Shown piece by piece: positions 9,198 to 17,934 of a stretch of DNA of 58,610 nucleotides. Position 1 is the first letter of the stretch. Every line of letters begins with the position of its first letter. Source of the stretch: a virus. Lineage: Duplodnaviria > Caudoviricetes. Location of the stretch: positions 1 through 58,610 of IMG/VR virus record IMGVR_UViG_3300046007_005839, one strand, 5' to 3'. The notes beneath the pieces were generated by a model, which made no database searches, was not told the origin of the DNA, and saw only the letters and a program-made list of their open reading frames with translations. Position numbers and translations under genes: made by a program.

Positions 9198-10379
9198 TTA
9201 GGCAGCTTTCATGGCGTAAAGACGCAGACGCCATTTATTTGGTACATTGATCGCATGATACGCTCCAGTAGTTTTATCACGAATTACAACATGACCTCCG
9301 TAAGTTTTAGTAACTTTAACAAAAGTGCTGGTAACGTAAAACATAAAAGCTGTAGTAAAATCACTACTAGCATCTAATGCAAGTTCCTGAGCATCAATTT
9401 CATCACCGTTTACGTAGTTAGCGTCATTAGACTCACAACGCAATACAACACGAAACATTAAAGGCATTGCGCCCAGTGTATGATTTAATGTAGTCGAAGA
9501 ACCTGCAGTGTCTACATAAGTTCCTAATGACCCAACATCAGTAACATACTGCACGATTGTTCCAGCAACCGTCGTAGGCGCAACCCAATCAGGAACGCCT
9601 CCGACTTTACTCAACAAATAACCATCAGGAATTCCCGCAGATTCAATTTTAATGGGCGCAACTGTACCATTTTGCAACTTGCCGCCGCTCAGCGTGTCAT
9701 TGAGCATATCTACATTCGGCTCAAGAAAACGCCATCCTGCAAAAGTGTCACCTATACGGCCAGTAAGAAACTTACTACGCGTAGTAGCTCCCGGCGCAGG
9801 CGATAATAAATCAGTGGGAATTGAACCATCAACCAAATCATTGATGATAGTTTGTGACGTATACCAATTTGCCAAGCCTGGTCCAAACGTGCCTGCAAAA
9901 CGCCATTGCCCAACGGGAATGCCCGTCGTGATCAACGAACCAACTGGAATAGATCCCGCCGTAACGAGAGAAGAAAGAGAAACAAACTCAAAGCCAGTCA
10001 CACCTGCATTAACGCGAATGAGTTGATTCGCTGCGCCACCGGCGACAGACAACTTAGCCAACGTCACGGCGTTATTCTGAATCATCGCCGTCGTGATCGA
10101 GTTCGGGCTGATGATGTCGTTTATGTTGACCCAGCCCGGCGACGAAGTCTTGTAGACGTAAAGAGCTGGCTCAGCGGGATTCGCTAAACTCAACCACAGA
10201 CAAGTCTTACGCCACGCATTCGACCCCGTTACGTCGGGCGCCGTGGTGTCAAACAGGATCATGCCATACGTCGACGACGGAATGGCCTGTCGGATAAGTT
10301 GCAACAGCACGCTGGCATATCCGCCAAACGTACTCGTTGGGTCGATGCCTTCGACAAAAGGGTTAGTGTTTAGAGCCAT
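9198..10379 (-). CDS. Tail fibre-like protein
   Basis: 393 aa with NSITTAMIQNNAVTLAKL-type fibre repeats and a C-terminal HTLGAMP (H-type lectin-like) segment. Confidence 0.65.
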   Translation of the reverse strand: MALNTNPFVEGIDPTSTFGGYASVLLQLIRQAIPSSTYGMILFDTTAPDVTGSNAWRKTCLWLSLANPAEPALYVYKTSSPGWVNINDIISPNSITTAMIQNNAVTLAKLSVAGGAANQLIRVNAGVTGFEFVSLSSLVTAGSIPVGSLITTGIPVGQWRFAGTFGPGLANWYTSQTIINDLVDGSIPTDLLSPAPGATTRSKFLTGRIGDTFAGWRFLEPNVDMLNDTLSGGKLQNGTVAPIKIESAGIPDGYLLSKVGGVPDWVAPTTVAGTIVQYVTDVGSLGTYVDTAGSSTTLNHTLGAMPLMFRVVLRCESNDANYVNGDEIDAQELALDASSDFTTAFMFYVTSTFVKVTKTYGGHVVIRDKTTGAYHAINVPNKWRLRLYAMKAA

Positions 10380-10384
10380 AAAGT

Positions 10385-10420
10385 AAAAAAGGGCTATCTC
10401 TTAAACAAGAGATAACCCTT
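10385..10420 (-). terminator. Intrinsic terminator
   Basis: Minus strand: AAGGGTTATCTCTT-GTTT-AAGAGATAGCCCTT followed by a T run. Confidence 0.8.
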
Positions 10421-10438
10421 AGGGTTGATTGGGATTAT

Positions 10439-12289
10439 TTAATCCGCAGCGCAAACGTAGAAGTTTTCAACCGGATAGACTGTCGGATATGGATTCGGCA
10501 GGGTTCCGATTTGACAAATACCGTTCGCAAGCGCGGTACCAACCTCGTCACAGCACGAGTCTGGCTTTTCTAAGATATCGGTTTCTAGCTCAAACGCCTC
10601 GGAGAAAGCTCTGCGCGCGAAAGATGTAGTCCAATACTCGAACTGTGCGCCTTCGCCGGGAATAATCTCGCCGTTGTACAGAGGATAACTCAAGACTTCG
10701 TGGCCATTCGACCAGAGCTTATAACGCCTCACGACGCCCTGAGCGATCCACTTTACAGTCATGACGTAAGTAGGCACCTTAAGATTTTGCCCGGGCCGAA
10801 TAGAGAAGTTTTGATTGGGAATGATGATATCCTGAACGGCAAAAATTCGAGACGCGCCAGCCCAAGCTTCTAAGTTTTGCGTAAACCCAGCCACCGTAAG
10901 ACTTTTGTAAACGAGCCTGTTCAAAACGACAGGCTTTGCACTCTTTGCGGGTTCGATGGTGACGGGTTTATAGTCCCAAGCGCGCGGCCCAGTGGGCGAC
11001 GTAGGGAGTTGGATGACACGAATGTCTGTGATGTTAGGCACTGGGCCAAAGGGTTCTCCGTTTTGGAAAGATCCCGTCGCGGGCCAATAGCCGCCGTTGT
11101 TGAATACGATATCGTTTCCTACAGAATTACTAATCGTATTGCCCTGAATGTTAATGTTCTTAAAGCCCGGAATCAGGCCGGGATTATAGAGAGCCGTGAC
11201 GTCGCGATCATACTGATAAAGCATGAAGGTCGCGTTATAGGGCGGCTGATTGTAGTCGTAGTAGAAGCTATTTGGTCCCGCGAGACCGACAGTGTTGCCT
11301 TGAATCGTCACGTTGACGTGCGACGAGATCAAAGGCGCAAAGGCTGGATTGCCTGTGAGGCGCGGCCAATTCTGCGTGACGAAGGAGATAAACTGCGGAC
11401 AGAGTGTCGCGCTGTTATCTTCGATTCGCAGCTCAAAGTTCTTATAGCTGTCGACGTAGATGTGTTGACCTTGAAAGTTTGTAAAGGTGTTATTCCTTAC
11501 GACACAACCGCGCGTCGTCGCTGGCGTAATGCCGTGCAATGGCGAGCGTTGATTTGCGCCGAAGGTGTTGTTTGTGAAGTCACAGCCCTCAACTACGCAG
11601 CCCGTGGCGTATTTGCCTGCGATGCCGTTGCCGCCAAAAGCAACCCACGTTACGGCCTCAGCGGTCGAGCCGGGCGGCAATGGGCGACTGTTTGCGCCCG
11701 GGGTGTTGAAGGAGCAATTGCGCACAGTCACACCCTTTGCGCCATCGGCGGCTGTCGAGGGTAGATAACTCTGCAGCGCAAAAGCTTCTTGATTGGCCAC
11801 GCCAATTCCTACACCTTTGAACTCACAATCTTCAATGAGGTTATTTGTGCCGACAAGGCGAACACCGCAGACTGTTTTGAAGAACGGATTGACGGGATCA
11901 TAGTTCTCGTCATAGTTGCCGTCGAAGGTGATTCCTGAGATCACACAATCACCGGCATCAAACGTATTGTCGTCGCCGATGTAGCTGTAGGTGTTGACGA
12001 GAAAGATTGCAGAGCCATAAGGCAACACGCTATGAGTGCCCGTTGAGGCCGCAAACTTAAGAATCGTCTTGCCTTTGCCTTTGCCAATGAGTTTGATTCC
12101 GCGCGTATAATTTGCCGGGAATCCCCAATAGATCGAGGCATCGAGCGGATTGCTAATCCCAATGCCACCGATCACGTAAGTGCCTTCGTCGAACTCTACA
12201 ACCCCAGTCTCTTGGAGACAGAGGTTGATCGCCCGAGCACAATTCGTAGAGCCATTAGCGATAGCTCCATAGTCTCTTGCTTTTGCCAT
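10439..12289 (-). CDS. Tailspike/depolymerase, right-handed beta-helix (pectate lyase-like)
   Basis: N-terminal DYGAIANGSTNCARAINLC (pectate_lyase_3-like), ISGITFDGN and repeated Asn-ladder beta-helix rungs. Confidence 0.8.
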   Translation of the reverse strand: MAKARDYGAIANGSTNCARAINLCLQETGVVEFDEGTYVIGGIGISNPLDASIYWGFPANYTRGIKLIGKGKGKTILKFAASTGTHSVLPYGSAIFLVNTYSYIGDDNTFDAGDCVISGITFDGNYDENYDPVNPFFKTVCGVRLVGTNNLIEDCEFKGVGIGVANQEAFALQSYLPSTAADGAKGVTVRNCSFNTPGANSRPLPPGSTAEAVTWVAFGGNGIAGKYATGCVVEGCDFTNNTFGANQRSPLHGITPATTRGCVVRNNTFTNFQGQHIYVDSYKNFELRIEDNSATLCPQFISFVTQNWPRLTGNPAFAPLISSHVNVTIQGNTVGLAGPNSFYYDYNQPPYNATFMLYQYDRDVTALYNPGLIPGFKNINIQGNTISNSVGNDIVFNNGGYWPATGSFQNGEPFGPVPNITDIRVIQLPTSPTGPRAWDYKPVTIEPAKSAKPVVLNRLVYKSLTVAGFTQNLEAWAGASRIFAVQDIIIPNQNFSIRPGQNLKVPTYVMTVKWIAQGVVRRYKLWSNGHEVLSYPLYNGEIIPGEGAQFEYWTTSFARRAFSEAFELETDILEKPDSCCDEVGTALANGICQIGTLPNPYPTVYPVENFYVCAAD

Positions 12290-12292
12290 AAA

Positions 12293-13228
12293 TTAAAGAT
12301 TGAAAGCTTTTTTAACCGACACAGTCATCTGATCGAGCGTAAAGTTACGCGCTTTTACAAAAGCCCCGGTGGCTTTCTCCATGACTTCTTGCTTATTATC
12401 ATAAGCGTAACGCATAGCGTATGCAAGATCGTCAACATTTAGCCTGCCTATCTCGCCTACGTGTTCGTAAATGTGACCGGGAGCCTGAACCATTTGCACG
12501 GGCAAGAGCCACGCGCAGGTGTTATCAAGAAATTCTACAGGTCCGCCAAATCCAGGACAGATCACAGGACGCCCATGCGCGATTGCGTCTTGATGCGGAT
12601 AGCCCCAGCCTTCGGCACCACAGGCGGAAACAAAAACGTGATTTTCCCGATGCAGATATGCTACATCTGGCTGAGCTTCTCGAATTACTTTAACGCGACT
12701 ATCAAATACTTTAAGATGCGTGCAAGTCACACCTTGCTTCATGATCAAGCGCACGTTTTCTTGATGGGGAAATGCTCGCGGAAAAGCGTCTACAATATCC
12801 TGCGCGCGTTTGCGTTCAAAGAATGTACAATCTTGATAGATTGTGTAGAATGTAAAGGTGTTAAATGACGGCAGCGGCAGCGGCTCATACTCTGACGCCA
12901 GAATTATCTTATCTACTGGAAAATTTTCATTACGAAAGATCTTTGATGTCTCTTCGCATGTGACTACGATCTTTCTTTCTGGAAAATTCTTGATAATTTC
13001 AATATCTCGCGGCCGTAGTTTAGTGGTTTCCCAGAAACAAAGACAATATTCTGCATCTATTGACGACGCTGGGCCACCAATCTCTACAAAATACTTACCT
13101 TCTCTGTTTTTTGAGAGTTCTGTCTTATAGCCCAAGCGGCGCACACACTCAACAAAGCTATATGCTACTCGCCCAAAAGAATTCATTGGGTCGAGCGAGG
13201 GCGAATAGATTCTGATTAGTTTAGACAT
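12293..13228 (-). CDS. Glycosyltransferase, GT-B fold (family 4-like)
   Basis: FWETT and EGWGYPHQDAIAHGRPVI (ExFGxxxxEA-type motif). Start taken at MSKLIRI. Confidence 0.8.
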   Translation of the reverse strand: MSKLIRIYSPSLDPMNSFGRVAYSFVECVRRLGYKTELSKNREGKYFVEIGGPASSIDAEYCLCFWETTKLRPRDIEIIKNFPERKIVVTCEETSKIFRNENFPVDKIILASEYEPLPLPSFNTFTFYTIYQDCTFFERKRAQDIVDAFPRAFPHQENVRLIMKQGVTCTHLKVFDSRVKVIREAQPDVAYLHRENHVFVSACGAEGWGYPHQDAIAHGRPVICPGFGGPVEFLDNTCAWLLPVQMVQAPGHIYEHVGEIGRLNVDDLAYAMRYAYDNKQEVMEKATGAFVKARNFTLDQMTVSVKKAFNL

Positions 13229-13871
13229 CGAAGCTGGGGTGTTTGAGTTTGAAATACGCTTTGTCTTTTTGAAGCTGTAGCTTGTACAACTCGGCTTCAA
13301 GGCCTTCTAGCCGCTTAAGCACAGCACTTCCGATGTGCGTGGTCGAGGGCGTACACACGCCAAGTTGACTTTTGCCGTTATGAGCTTGTCGGATATGAAA
13401 GTCGATGTCGGCGTAGTAGATATGAAAGCCTTCATCATGTCCTCCAATAGCCCAATAATTCTTTGTGTTGATCAGCGCATAGATGTCTGCATTGATCTCT
13501 GGATGCTTGGGATTATTTGTGACAATCCAATAGATGTTGTCGCCCGCAGTCTTGCGCGCCTCAAGCATACTGTTAAAATCTTCGCGGCTAATTGTCGCGT
13601 CGTCGTGCGCATAACCAAACCATGCTTCTTGGGCCTCACGGGCCAAACGCGCACACATACGCATTTTTTGAATCCATGAAAGATTAATCGCAGGAACGAA
13701 AAAAACTTCGCAAGATCTACGAAGTTTTGTCTTATCGAAGTTATCACGAACCCAAATGCGGATCTTGATATCTTCTGGGATGTTTTCGATTGCGCTGTTT
13801 ATCAGCGTGTAATCTTGTAGATGTGTAAATACATTGAGGGTCACACTGCCAGAAAGCAATGAGAGGGCCAA
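13221..13871 (-). CDS. Glycosyltransferase, GT-A fold (family 2-like)
   Basis: AHDD (DxD-like), IGGHDEGFHIYYADIDF and a distal HIGS motif. The true start may be downstream. Confidence 0.7.
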   Translation of the reverse strand: MALSLLSGSVTLNVFTHLQDYTLINSAIENIPEDIKIRIWVRDNFDKTKLRRSCEVFFVPAINLSWIQKMRMCARLAREAQEAWFGYAHDDATISREDFNSMLEARKTAGDNIYWIVTNNPKHPEINADIYALINTKNYWAIGGHDEGFHIYYADIDFHIRQAHNGKSQLGVCTPSTTHIGSAVLKRLEGLEAELYKLQLQKDKAYFKLKHPSFDV

Positions 13872-13874
13872 AAA

Positions 13875-14117
13875 CTACCAAGCCTTACAGCTCCAATACT
13901 TCGCGCTCAACTTTGAGCCGGGCTCTGCGCAGTTATGTCGCGCGCGGAAACTTTTGCGATTAGCTGGAATATGTTTTTTGATTGACATATTCGGATCGCC
14001 AAAGCGCACGAGCCTTACGACCTTACCTTCTTTCGCGAGCACAGCAGACTTCTTAGGTCCGCCCGGGGTTGATTTTGGGCTATTATAACCAGAGAATTTT
14101 TCGCCTCGATATTCCAT
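13875..14117 (-). CDS. Conserved basic phage hypothetical protein
   Basis: VRFGDPNM...RKSFRARHNC...AKYWSCKAW, a motif common in aquatic phages. Confidence 0.75.
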   Translation of the reverse strand: MEYRGEKFSGYNSPKSTPGGPKKSAVLAKEGKVVRLVRFGDPNMSIKKHIPANRKSFRARHNCAEPGSKLSAKYWSCKAW

Positions 14118-14119
14118 AG

Positions 14120-14332
14120 TTATTCTTTGGGTAGGGCATACCATCCTTCCGGGATGGTAATTCTATTCTTTGATTTTACTTTCCGGCCGCTTGAATCTAA
14201 AACCCACACTCGGGCTTTTACTGACTCGGCCAATCTCACTGGCTGCCCGTTGGGCACGTAGATCACTCTCGATGAGCAACTCGCGCTCATGAGCGTCAAT
14301 GCGAGCACGCAGATCTTGTCTAAGCTTTTCAT
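14120..14332 (-). CDS. Putative lipoprotein (o-spanin-like)
   Basis: MKSLDKICVLALTLMSASC has a hydrophobic stretch and lipobox Cys. Overlaps 14163-14423 in another frame, as in Rz/Rz1 pairs. Confidence 0.6.
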   Translation of the reverse strand: MKSLDKICVLALTLMSASCSSRVIYVPNGQPVRLAESVKARVWVLDSSGRKVKSKNRITIPEGWYALPKE

Positions 14333-14423
14333 CTTTTTGAGCGTCCTGTGAAATAGAATCTTTCTGCGACAGTTCATAGAACCATCGCAGAAGTTTCATG
14401 ATCAGATCGGAGAGAAAACTCAT
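14163..14423 (-). CDS. Putative i-spanin-like protein
   Basis: Amphipathic N-terminus plus coiled coil. Overlaps the lipoprotein gene in the lysis cluster. Confidence 0.45.
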   Translation of the reverse strand: MSFLSDLIMKLLRWFYELSQKDSISQDAQKDEKLRQDLRARIDAHERELLIESDLRAQRAASEIGRVSKSPSVGFRFKRPESKIKE

Positions 14424-14599
14424 TCTTTATTGGAGGCATCCTTCGCGAGGATCAATCCCACACCAGCACTCACGGCAGTGATTGTGGTGGTAAGGTCAAA
14501 AGTAGTCGCGGGGTCGCCATCAAAAATAGCCTTCAACGCGGTGCCAACGGCGACAAGAATAGCGCCGATGCCTGCGAAAGTAGTCTTACTGTTTTTCAT
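14420..14599 (-). CDS. Holin-like two-TM protein (59 aa, not in ORF track)
   Basis: MKNSKTTFAGIGAILVAVG...AVSAGVGLILAKDASNKE, translated by hand. Confidence 0.65.
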   Translation of the reverse strand: MKNSKTTFAGIGAILVAVGTALKAIFDGDPATTFDLTTTITAVSAGVGLILAKDASNKE

Positions 14600-14840
14600 T
14601 TGTATTTTTTACCTTACTGAGATGTGTGTCGAGATAAGCACGGATTGCAGTGAGGCCGCTGATGATTGAGCCAAGGCCGAGTGCTATCACTTCGTACCAA
14701 TTCTTTGGCCCATCTTGCGACGCCCACTCTACAAAAGCCGCGGACATTGGAGTCAATGCCGCGATTGAAAAATAAAGGGCACCTCGAAGATGCCCATTAT
14801 TTTGAAAGAAGTTTCCGACAAATTCAATTGCGCTTTTCAT
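14586..14840 (-). CDS. Small membrane protein (holin-like)
   Basis: 84 aa with two hydrophobic helices, in the lysis cluster. Confidence 0.6.
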   Translation of the reverse strand: MKSAIEFVGNFFQNNGHLRGALYFSIAALTPMSAAFVEWASQDGPKNWYEVIALGLGSIISGLTAIRAYLDTHLSKVKNTNEKQ

Positions 14841-15000
14841 TTCTGATTACTCGCCAGAGAATTATGCCTGAAGTGATAGCTGCAAAGATCGCTGCGAAAG
14901 GCGAGGCTATTTCGCCTAGAAGCTTTAGATGATTTATTACGGCGCCCATTATTCCGACTGTGGCGCCTACTGAAGCTTCTGTGGTGTTTGTTTGATTCAT
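14824..15000 (-). CDS. Small membrane protein (58 aa, not in ORF track)
   Basis: MNQTNTTEASVGATVGIMGAVI...FAAITSGIILWRVIRNEKRN, translated by hand. Confidence 0.6.
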   Translation of the reverse strand: MNQTNTTEASVGATVGIMGAVINHLKLLGEIASPFAAIFAAITSGIILWRVIRNEKRN

Positions 15001-15009
15001 GAAGAAAGT

Positions 15010-15043
15010 AAAAGGGCTAGATATCTTAGATACCTAGCCCTTT
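15010..15043 (-). terminator. Intrinsic terminator (possibly bidirectional)
   Basis: AAAAGGGCTAG...CTAGCCCTTT stem immediately after the 15047-15235 gene. Confidence 0.75.
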
Positions 15044-15046
15044 GTT

Positions 15047-15235
15047 TTACTTCTCCAAAGGAAGCTCGGCCTGCGCTGGAGCTTGCGGGATTCCGGACGC
15101 ATTTGCAGCGGCCAGAATCTTATCAAAGATCGGCAGACCAACCTTGGCGTTGGCGATACCGCCAGCCTTAATTGCGATGTCGATCAGTTGCAGCACGCCA
15201 TTAGCTTCTTCCGGAGTCAGTTCGAGTTTGATCAT
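15047..15235 (-). CDS. Small hypothetical protein of the tail-fibre module
   Basis: 62 aa MIKLELTPEEANGVLQLIDIAIKAGG..., typical of genes downstream of tail fibres. Confidence 0.7.
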   Translation of the reverse strand: MIKLELTPEEANGVLQLIDIAIKAGGIANAKVGLPIFDKILAAANASGIPQAPAQAELPLEK

Positions 15236-15255
15236 GTGGGGATGTGTGTTGATGT

Positions 15256-15720
15256 TTAGCCGAGGATTGTAGTGGACATACCATCGACGCTCGGCGGAAC
15301 GTCGCTAGTAGGAAGGAGGAACGGATCGACGATTTGCTCGTCGCGCAGTTTGGGAGTTTGCTGCTCAACCAAAGGAGGAACCGGCGCCGCCCACGGCAGC
15401 GGCGGAGCGATGACCGGCGGGTTGATCTGGTCAGCGATCTGCGCGGAGACGTTCGCCTCAATCGCGCTCTGATCGACGCCATTGCTGAAGCACCAGTTCA
15501 GCACCTGCTGCTCGGTTAGATCCTCGTAAGGCGTGAAGTTCTCGGTCGGAGGAGCGAACGACGCGCTGCCGTAGCAGGTGCCGTTGTAGGTCTTTGCGTC
15601 GTCGCCGGTGCCGATGGTTTCAATGCCGTTGCACCTCCAGTCGGCGGTGATGACGACATCGGTGAGAGTGCCTTCGGTCGGTTTAACGAGAAGGCGTTCG
15701 ATGATCCAAGAGATGTTCAT
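15256..15720 (-). CDS. Tail-fibre-associated hypothetical protein
   Basis: 154 aa with VITADWRC...FTPYEDLTEQQVLNWC, a family commonly adjacent to S74-type fibres. Confidence 0.75.
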   Translation of the reverse strand: MNISWIIERLLVKPTEGTLTDVVITADWRCNGIETIGTGDDAKTYNGTCYGSASFAPPTENFTPYEDLTEQQVLNWCFSNGVDQSAIEANVSAQIADQINPPVIAPPLPWAAPVPPLVEQQTPKLRDEQIVDPFLLPTSDVPPSVDGMSTTILG

Positions 15721-15721
15721 A

Positions 15722-17302
15722 TTAGGCGTTCTTCAGAGCGTTGACTTCAGCGGCCAGTTCTTTGATGGCGGCAACCAAGATGGGGACAACCTTAGATAGA
15801 TCTATCTGCTGAGCCTTAATGCTGCCGTCTTCGTTCACAGCATCTTTTTGTCCAACGACAGCAAGCGGGACAACAGCAGCAAGCTCGTGAGCAATGAAGC
15901 CTTCACCATCGGTTCCTGAATCTTTCCATTTGTAGGTAGAAGGTTTCAGAGCAGCGATTCGAGTCAACGCATTTGAAATCGGCTGAACATTTTCCTTCAG
16001 TCGATAATCCGAAACAGTACCATAAGTGATAGTAGTGTTGTTTGCATCTATTGAACCGCGAACAGTGCCGTTAGTGCAGAACGCAATGTGCGTATAAGCA
16101 GTTGCGCTAGAAACCGTCTGGTTAAAAGTTGAACCCCATTTTGCACCGCCGCTCCATTCATTAACAAACTGAGATTGGGTTCCTGCCGGAGCATTACTCG
16201 TCGTCCCCACCAACAGATTCCCGCTCGCGTCGAGCGTCATCGCTTGGGTGAAGGTGATGGCGTTTCCAGCGGTGCCGCTGGGGGCGTTTAGCCAAACATG
16301 AGAACCGGATGACTGCTCATAGGCAGTTGCTGCGCCAGTGATGATGTATTTGTTCGCTCCGTCATAAAAACGGTTGTTCGACAAATAAAGACCGCTCGAC
16401 AGGTTCCACAATGCGGCGGTGTTACCCACTTGGAACGCTTTTGTTCCAGCAGCCCACGCACTCGGCGTAACAGAAATGCCGACGTTGCCTCCAAGATCCT
16501 GAAGCACCAAGTCACGCGGACCATTTCCGGAGCCATTGTCGAACGAACTGATTGCAGCGTAGCGATTGGTAGCAGTCGCATCGGTCTTGATGCGGAAGAA
16601 AATGCCAAAATCGTCAGCATCGGTTGTGGTAATACCGCCAACAGTCGCAATCGCAGCGGTCGTCGCTTTAGTTCCCGACGATGCTTGGAAACGATACGAA
16701 GGAGTACGCCCCACGCCCAGCCCCGTGGAGTTCAGGGTCATGGCGGTGCCAGCGACTCCGCCGACGTTTGACCAAGTGGCTACGCCGTCGGAAGCGATGC
16801 GGTAGCGTTCAGTTCCGGCATTTGTGTTGAAAATAATCCCCTGCGATGTTCCTGACTGGAGATTCAGTATATTGCTTGCAACGAGTCCATCATAGGCTAA
16901 CGCAGTATTGACAGCGACGTTGTTGCTGTTGACTCGCAAAACAGGAGCCAGAGAAGTGTTGCTGTCGGAAACGATGTCAACCCTGCATCCGGGGGTCGTT
17001 GTTGCAACACCCACCCGATTGTTCGCCGAATCCACCTTCAGGGTCGACGTATCCACCGTCAGATCGCCGGTGATGGTGGCGGCTCCGACGGAAAGAAGAT
17101 CTGTAGTCTTGTTATACGTCAGACCAGCGTCGCCTCGCAAAGTACCCGCATCATTAAAAATGATCTGAGTGTTTGCACTATTGCCCGTCGTAGACGAGCC
17201 GATGTTAGTCTCTAGTACAGAGACTTGTTGCATGATCCGCTCAATAGCTTTCCTCAGAAGCCATGCGGAATCGCCTTTCGGCAATGTTGATAGAGAAGAC
17301 AT
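15722..17302 (-). CDS. Tail fibre with C-terminal peptidase S74 intramolecular chaperone
   Basis: SDYRLKENV autocleavage motif, GFIAHEL, LVAAIKEL, plus NRVGV/GNVGI fibre repeats. Confidence 0.85.
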   Translation of the reverse strand: MSSLSTLPKGDSAWLLRKAIERIMQQVSVLETNIGSSTTGNSANTQIIFNDAGTLRGDAGLTYNKTTDLLSVGAATITGDLTVDTSTLKVDSANNRVGVATTTPGCRVDIVSDSNTSLAPVLRVNSNNVAVNTALAYDGLVASNILNLQSGTSQGIIFNTNAGTERYRIASDGVATWSNVGGVAGTAMTLNSTGLGVGRTPSYRFQASSGTKATTAAIATVGGITTTDADDFGIFFRIKTDATATNRYAAISSFDNGSGNGPRDLVLQDLGGNVGISVTPSAWAAGTKAFQVGNTAALWNLSSGLYLSNNRFYDGANKYIITGAATAYEQSSGSHVWLNAPSGTAGNAITFTQAMTLDASGNLLVGTTSNAPAGTQSQFVNEWSGGAKWGSTFNQTVSSATAYTHIAFCTNGTVRGSIDANNTTITYGTVSDYRLKENVQPISNALTRIAALKPSTYKWKDSGTDGEGFIAHELAAVVPLAVVGQKDAVNEDGSIKAQQIDLSKVVPILVAAIKELAAEVNALKNA

Positions 17303-17315
17303 ATCCTTGAATTTT

Positions 17316-17332
17316 AGCTGTCAGGTTGCCAA
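17316..17332 (-). promoter_or_regulatory. sigma-54-type -24/-12 promoter (tail fibre)
   Basis: Minus strand TTGGCAACCTGACAGCT = GG-N10-GC. Intergenic, just downstream of a terminator. Confidence 0.65.
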
Positions 17333-17372
17333 TCCTAGATTGGGTTGCTTTTTAGGGTCATGTTATAACTCC

Positions 17373-17402
17373 AAAAAGCAACCCACTCTTTCGAGTGGGC
17401 TG
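17373..17402 (-). terminator. Intrinsic terminator of the capsid operon
   Basis: Minus strand CAGCCCACTC-GAAA-GAGTGGGTTG-CTTTTT. Confidence 0.85.
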
Positions 17403-17408
17403 GTTGTA

Positions 17409-17900
17409 TTACGGCAGAGGCTGACGGTCGATATTATAACCGCCAGCGCCAGTCGCGCTCAGCTGCAGACCAAAGGTCGTGCCTGCAGGATAAGTCGGCG
17501 TGAAGGTCACGGTGCCGTTGGCGGGCAATCGGAACGTAAACACGCGACGCGCCTGATTAGTGGCCGCAGCGACAGTGATGTTGTCAACCTTCAGCACGGT
17601 GTTAGTGTAGCTCTGAGCCACGCCGGTGAAGTTAGTGAAGGACATCACGACATTCGTGGTGTACTGCACAGCACCAGTGTACGCAGCAAACACACGATTG
17701 GTGCTACTAGCAGAGTCATTGTCATAGACAACGACAGTGTTAGCGGCGCCGCTGGTGTCAGTGAGCTGGATGTTGTTGATCGAGACACCAGTCGTAGAAA
17801 CGACGGTGATGCCCGAGCTAAACGTGCCAGAGATGACTTCAGCGAAGACCAGAGCGGCCATCGCCATGAACGAAACGAAGTATTTAAGGAACTGCTTCAT
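17409..17900 (-). CDS. Thr/Asn-rich beta protein with signal-peptide-like N-terminus (capsid decoration position)
   Basis: 163 aa, starting MKQFLKYFVSFMAMAALVFA. Directly downstream of the MCP gene. Confidence 0.7.
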   Translation of the reverse strand: MKQFLKYFVSFMAMAALVFAEVISGTFSSGITVVSTTGVSINNIQLTDTSGAANTVVVYDNDSASSTNRVFAAYTGAVQYTTNVVMSFTNFTGVAQSYTNTVLKVDNITVAAATNQARRVFTFRLPANGTVTFTPTYPAGTTFGLQLSATGAGGYNIDRQPLP

Positions 17901-17934
17901 TGTTTTGTGAGTTAGTTGTTGCTGTCGTTATCTA

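Larger units (their letters stand above)
1..9317. repeat. Diverged long direct repeat, copy A (tail/ejection module)
   Basis: Position 1 aligns with ~49280. Same gene order as 49280-58600. 9101-9317 is identical to 58384-58600. Confidence 0.95.

Noticed and set aside
1-9317. True terminal direct repeat or DGR template/variable repeat pair
   Set aside because: The copies are heavily diverged at synonymous sites rather than adenine-specific positions, span ~9 kb of structural genes, and no reverse transcriptase is present.
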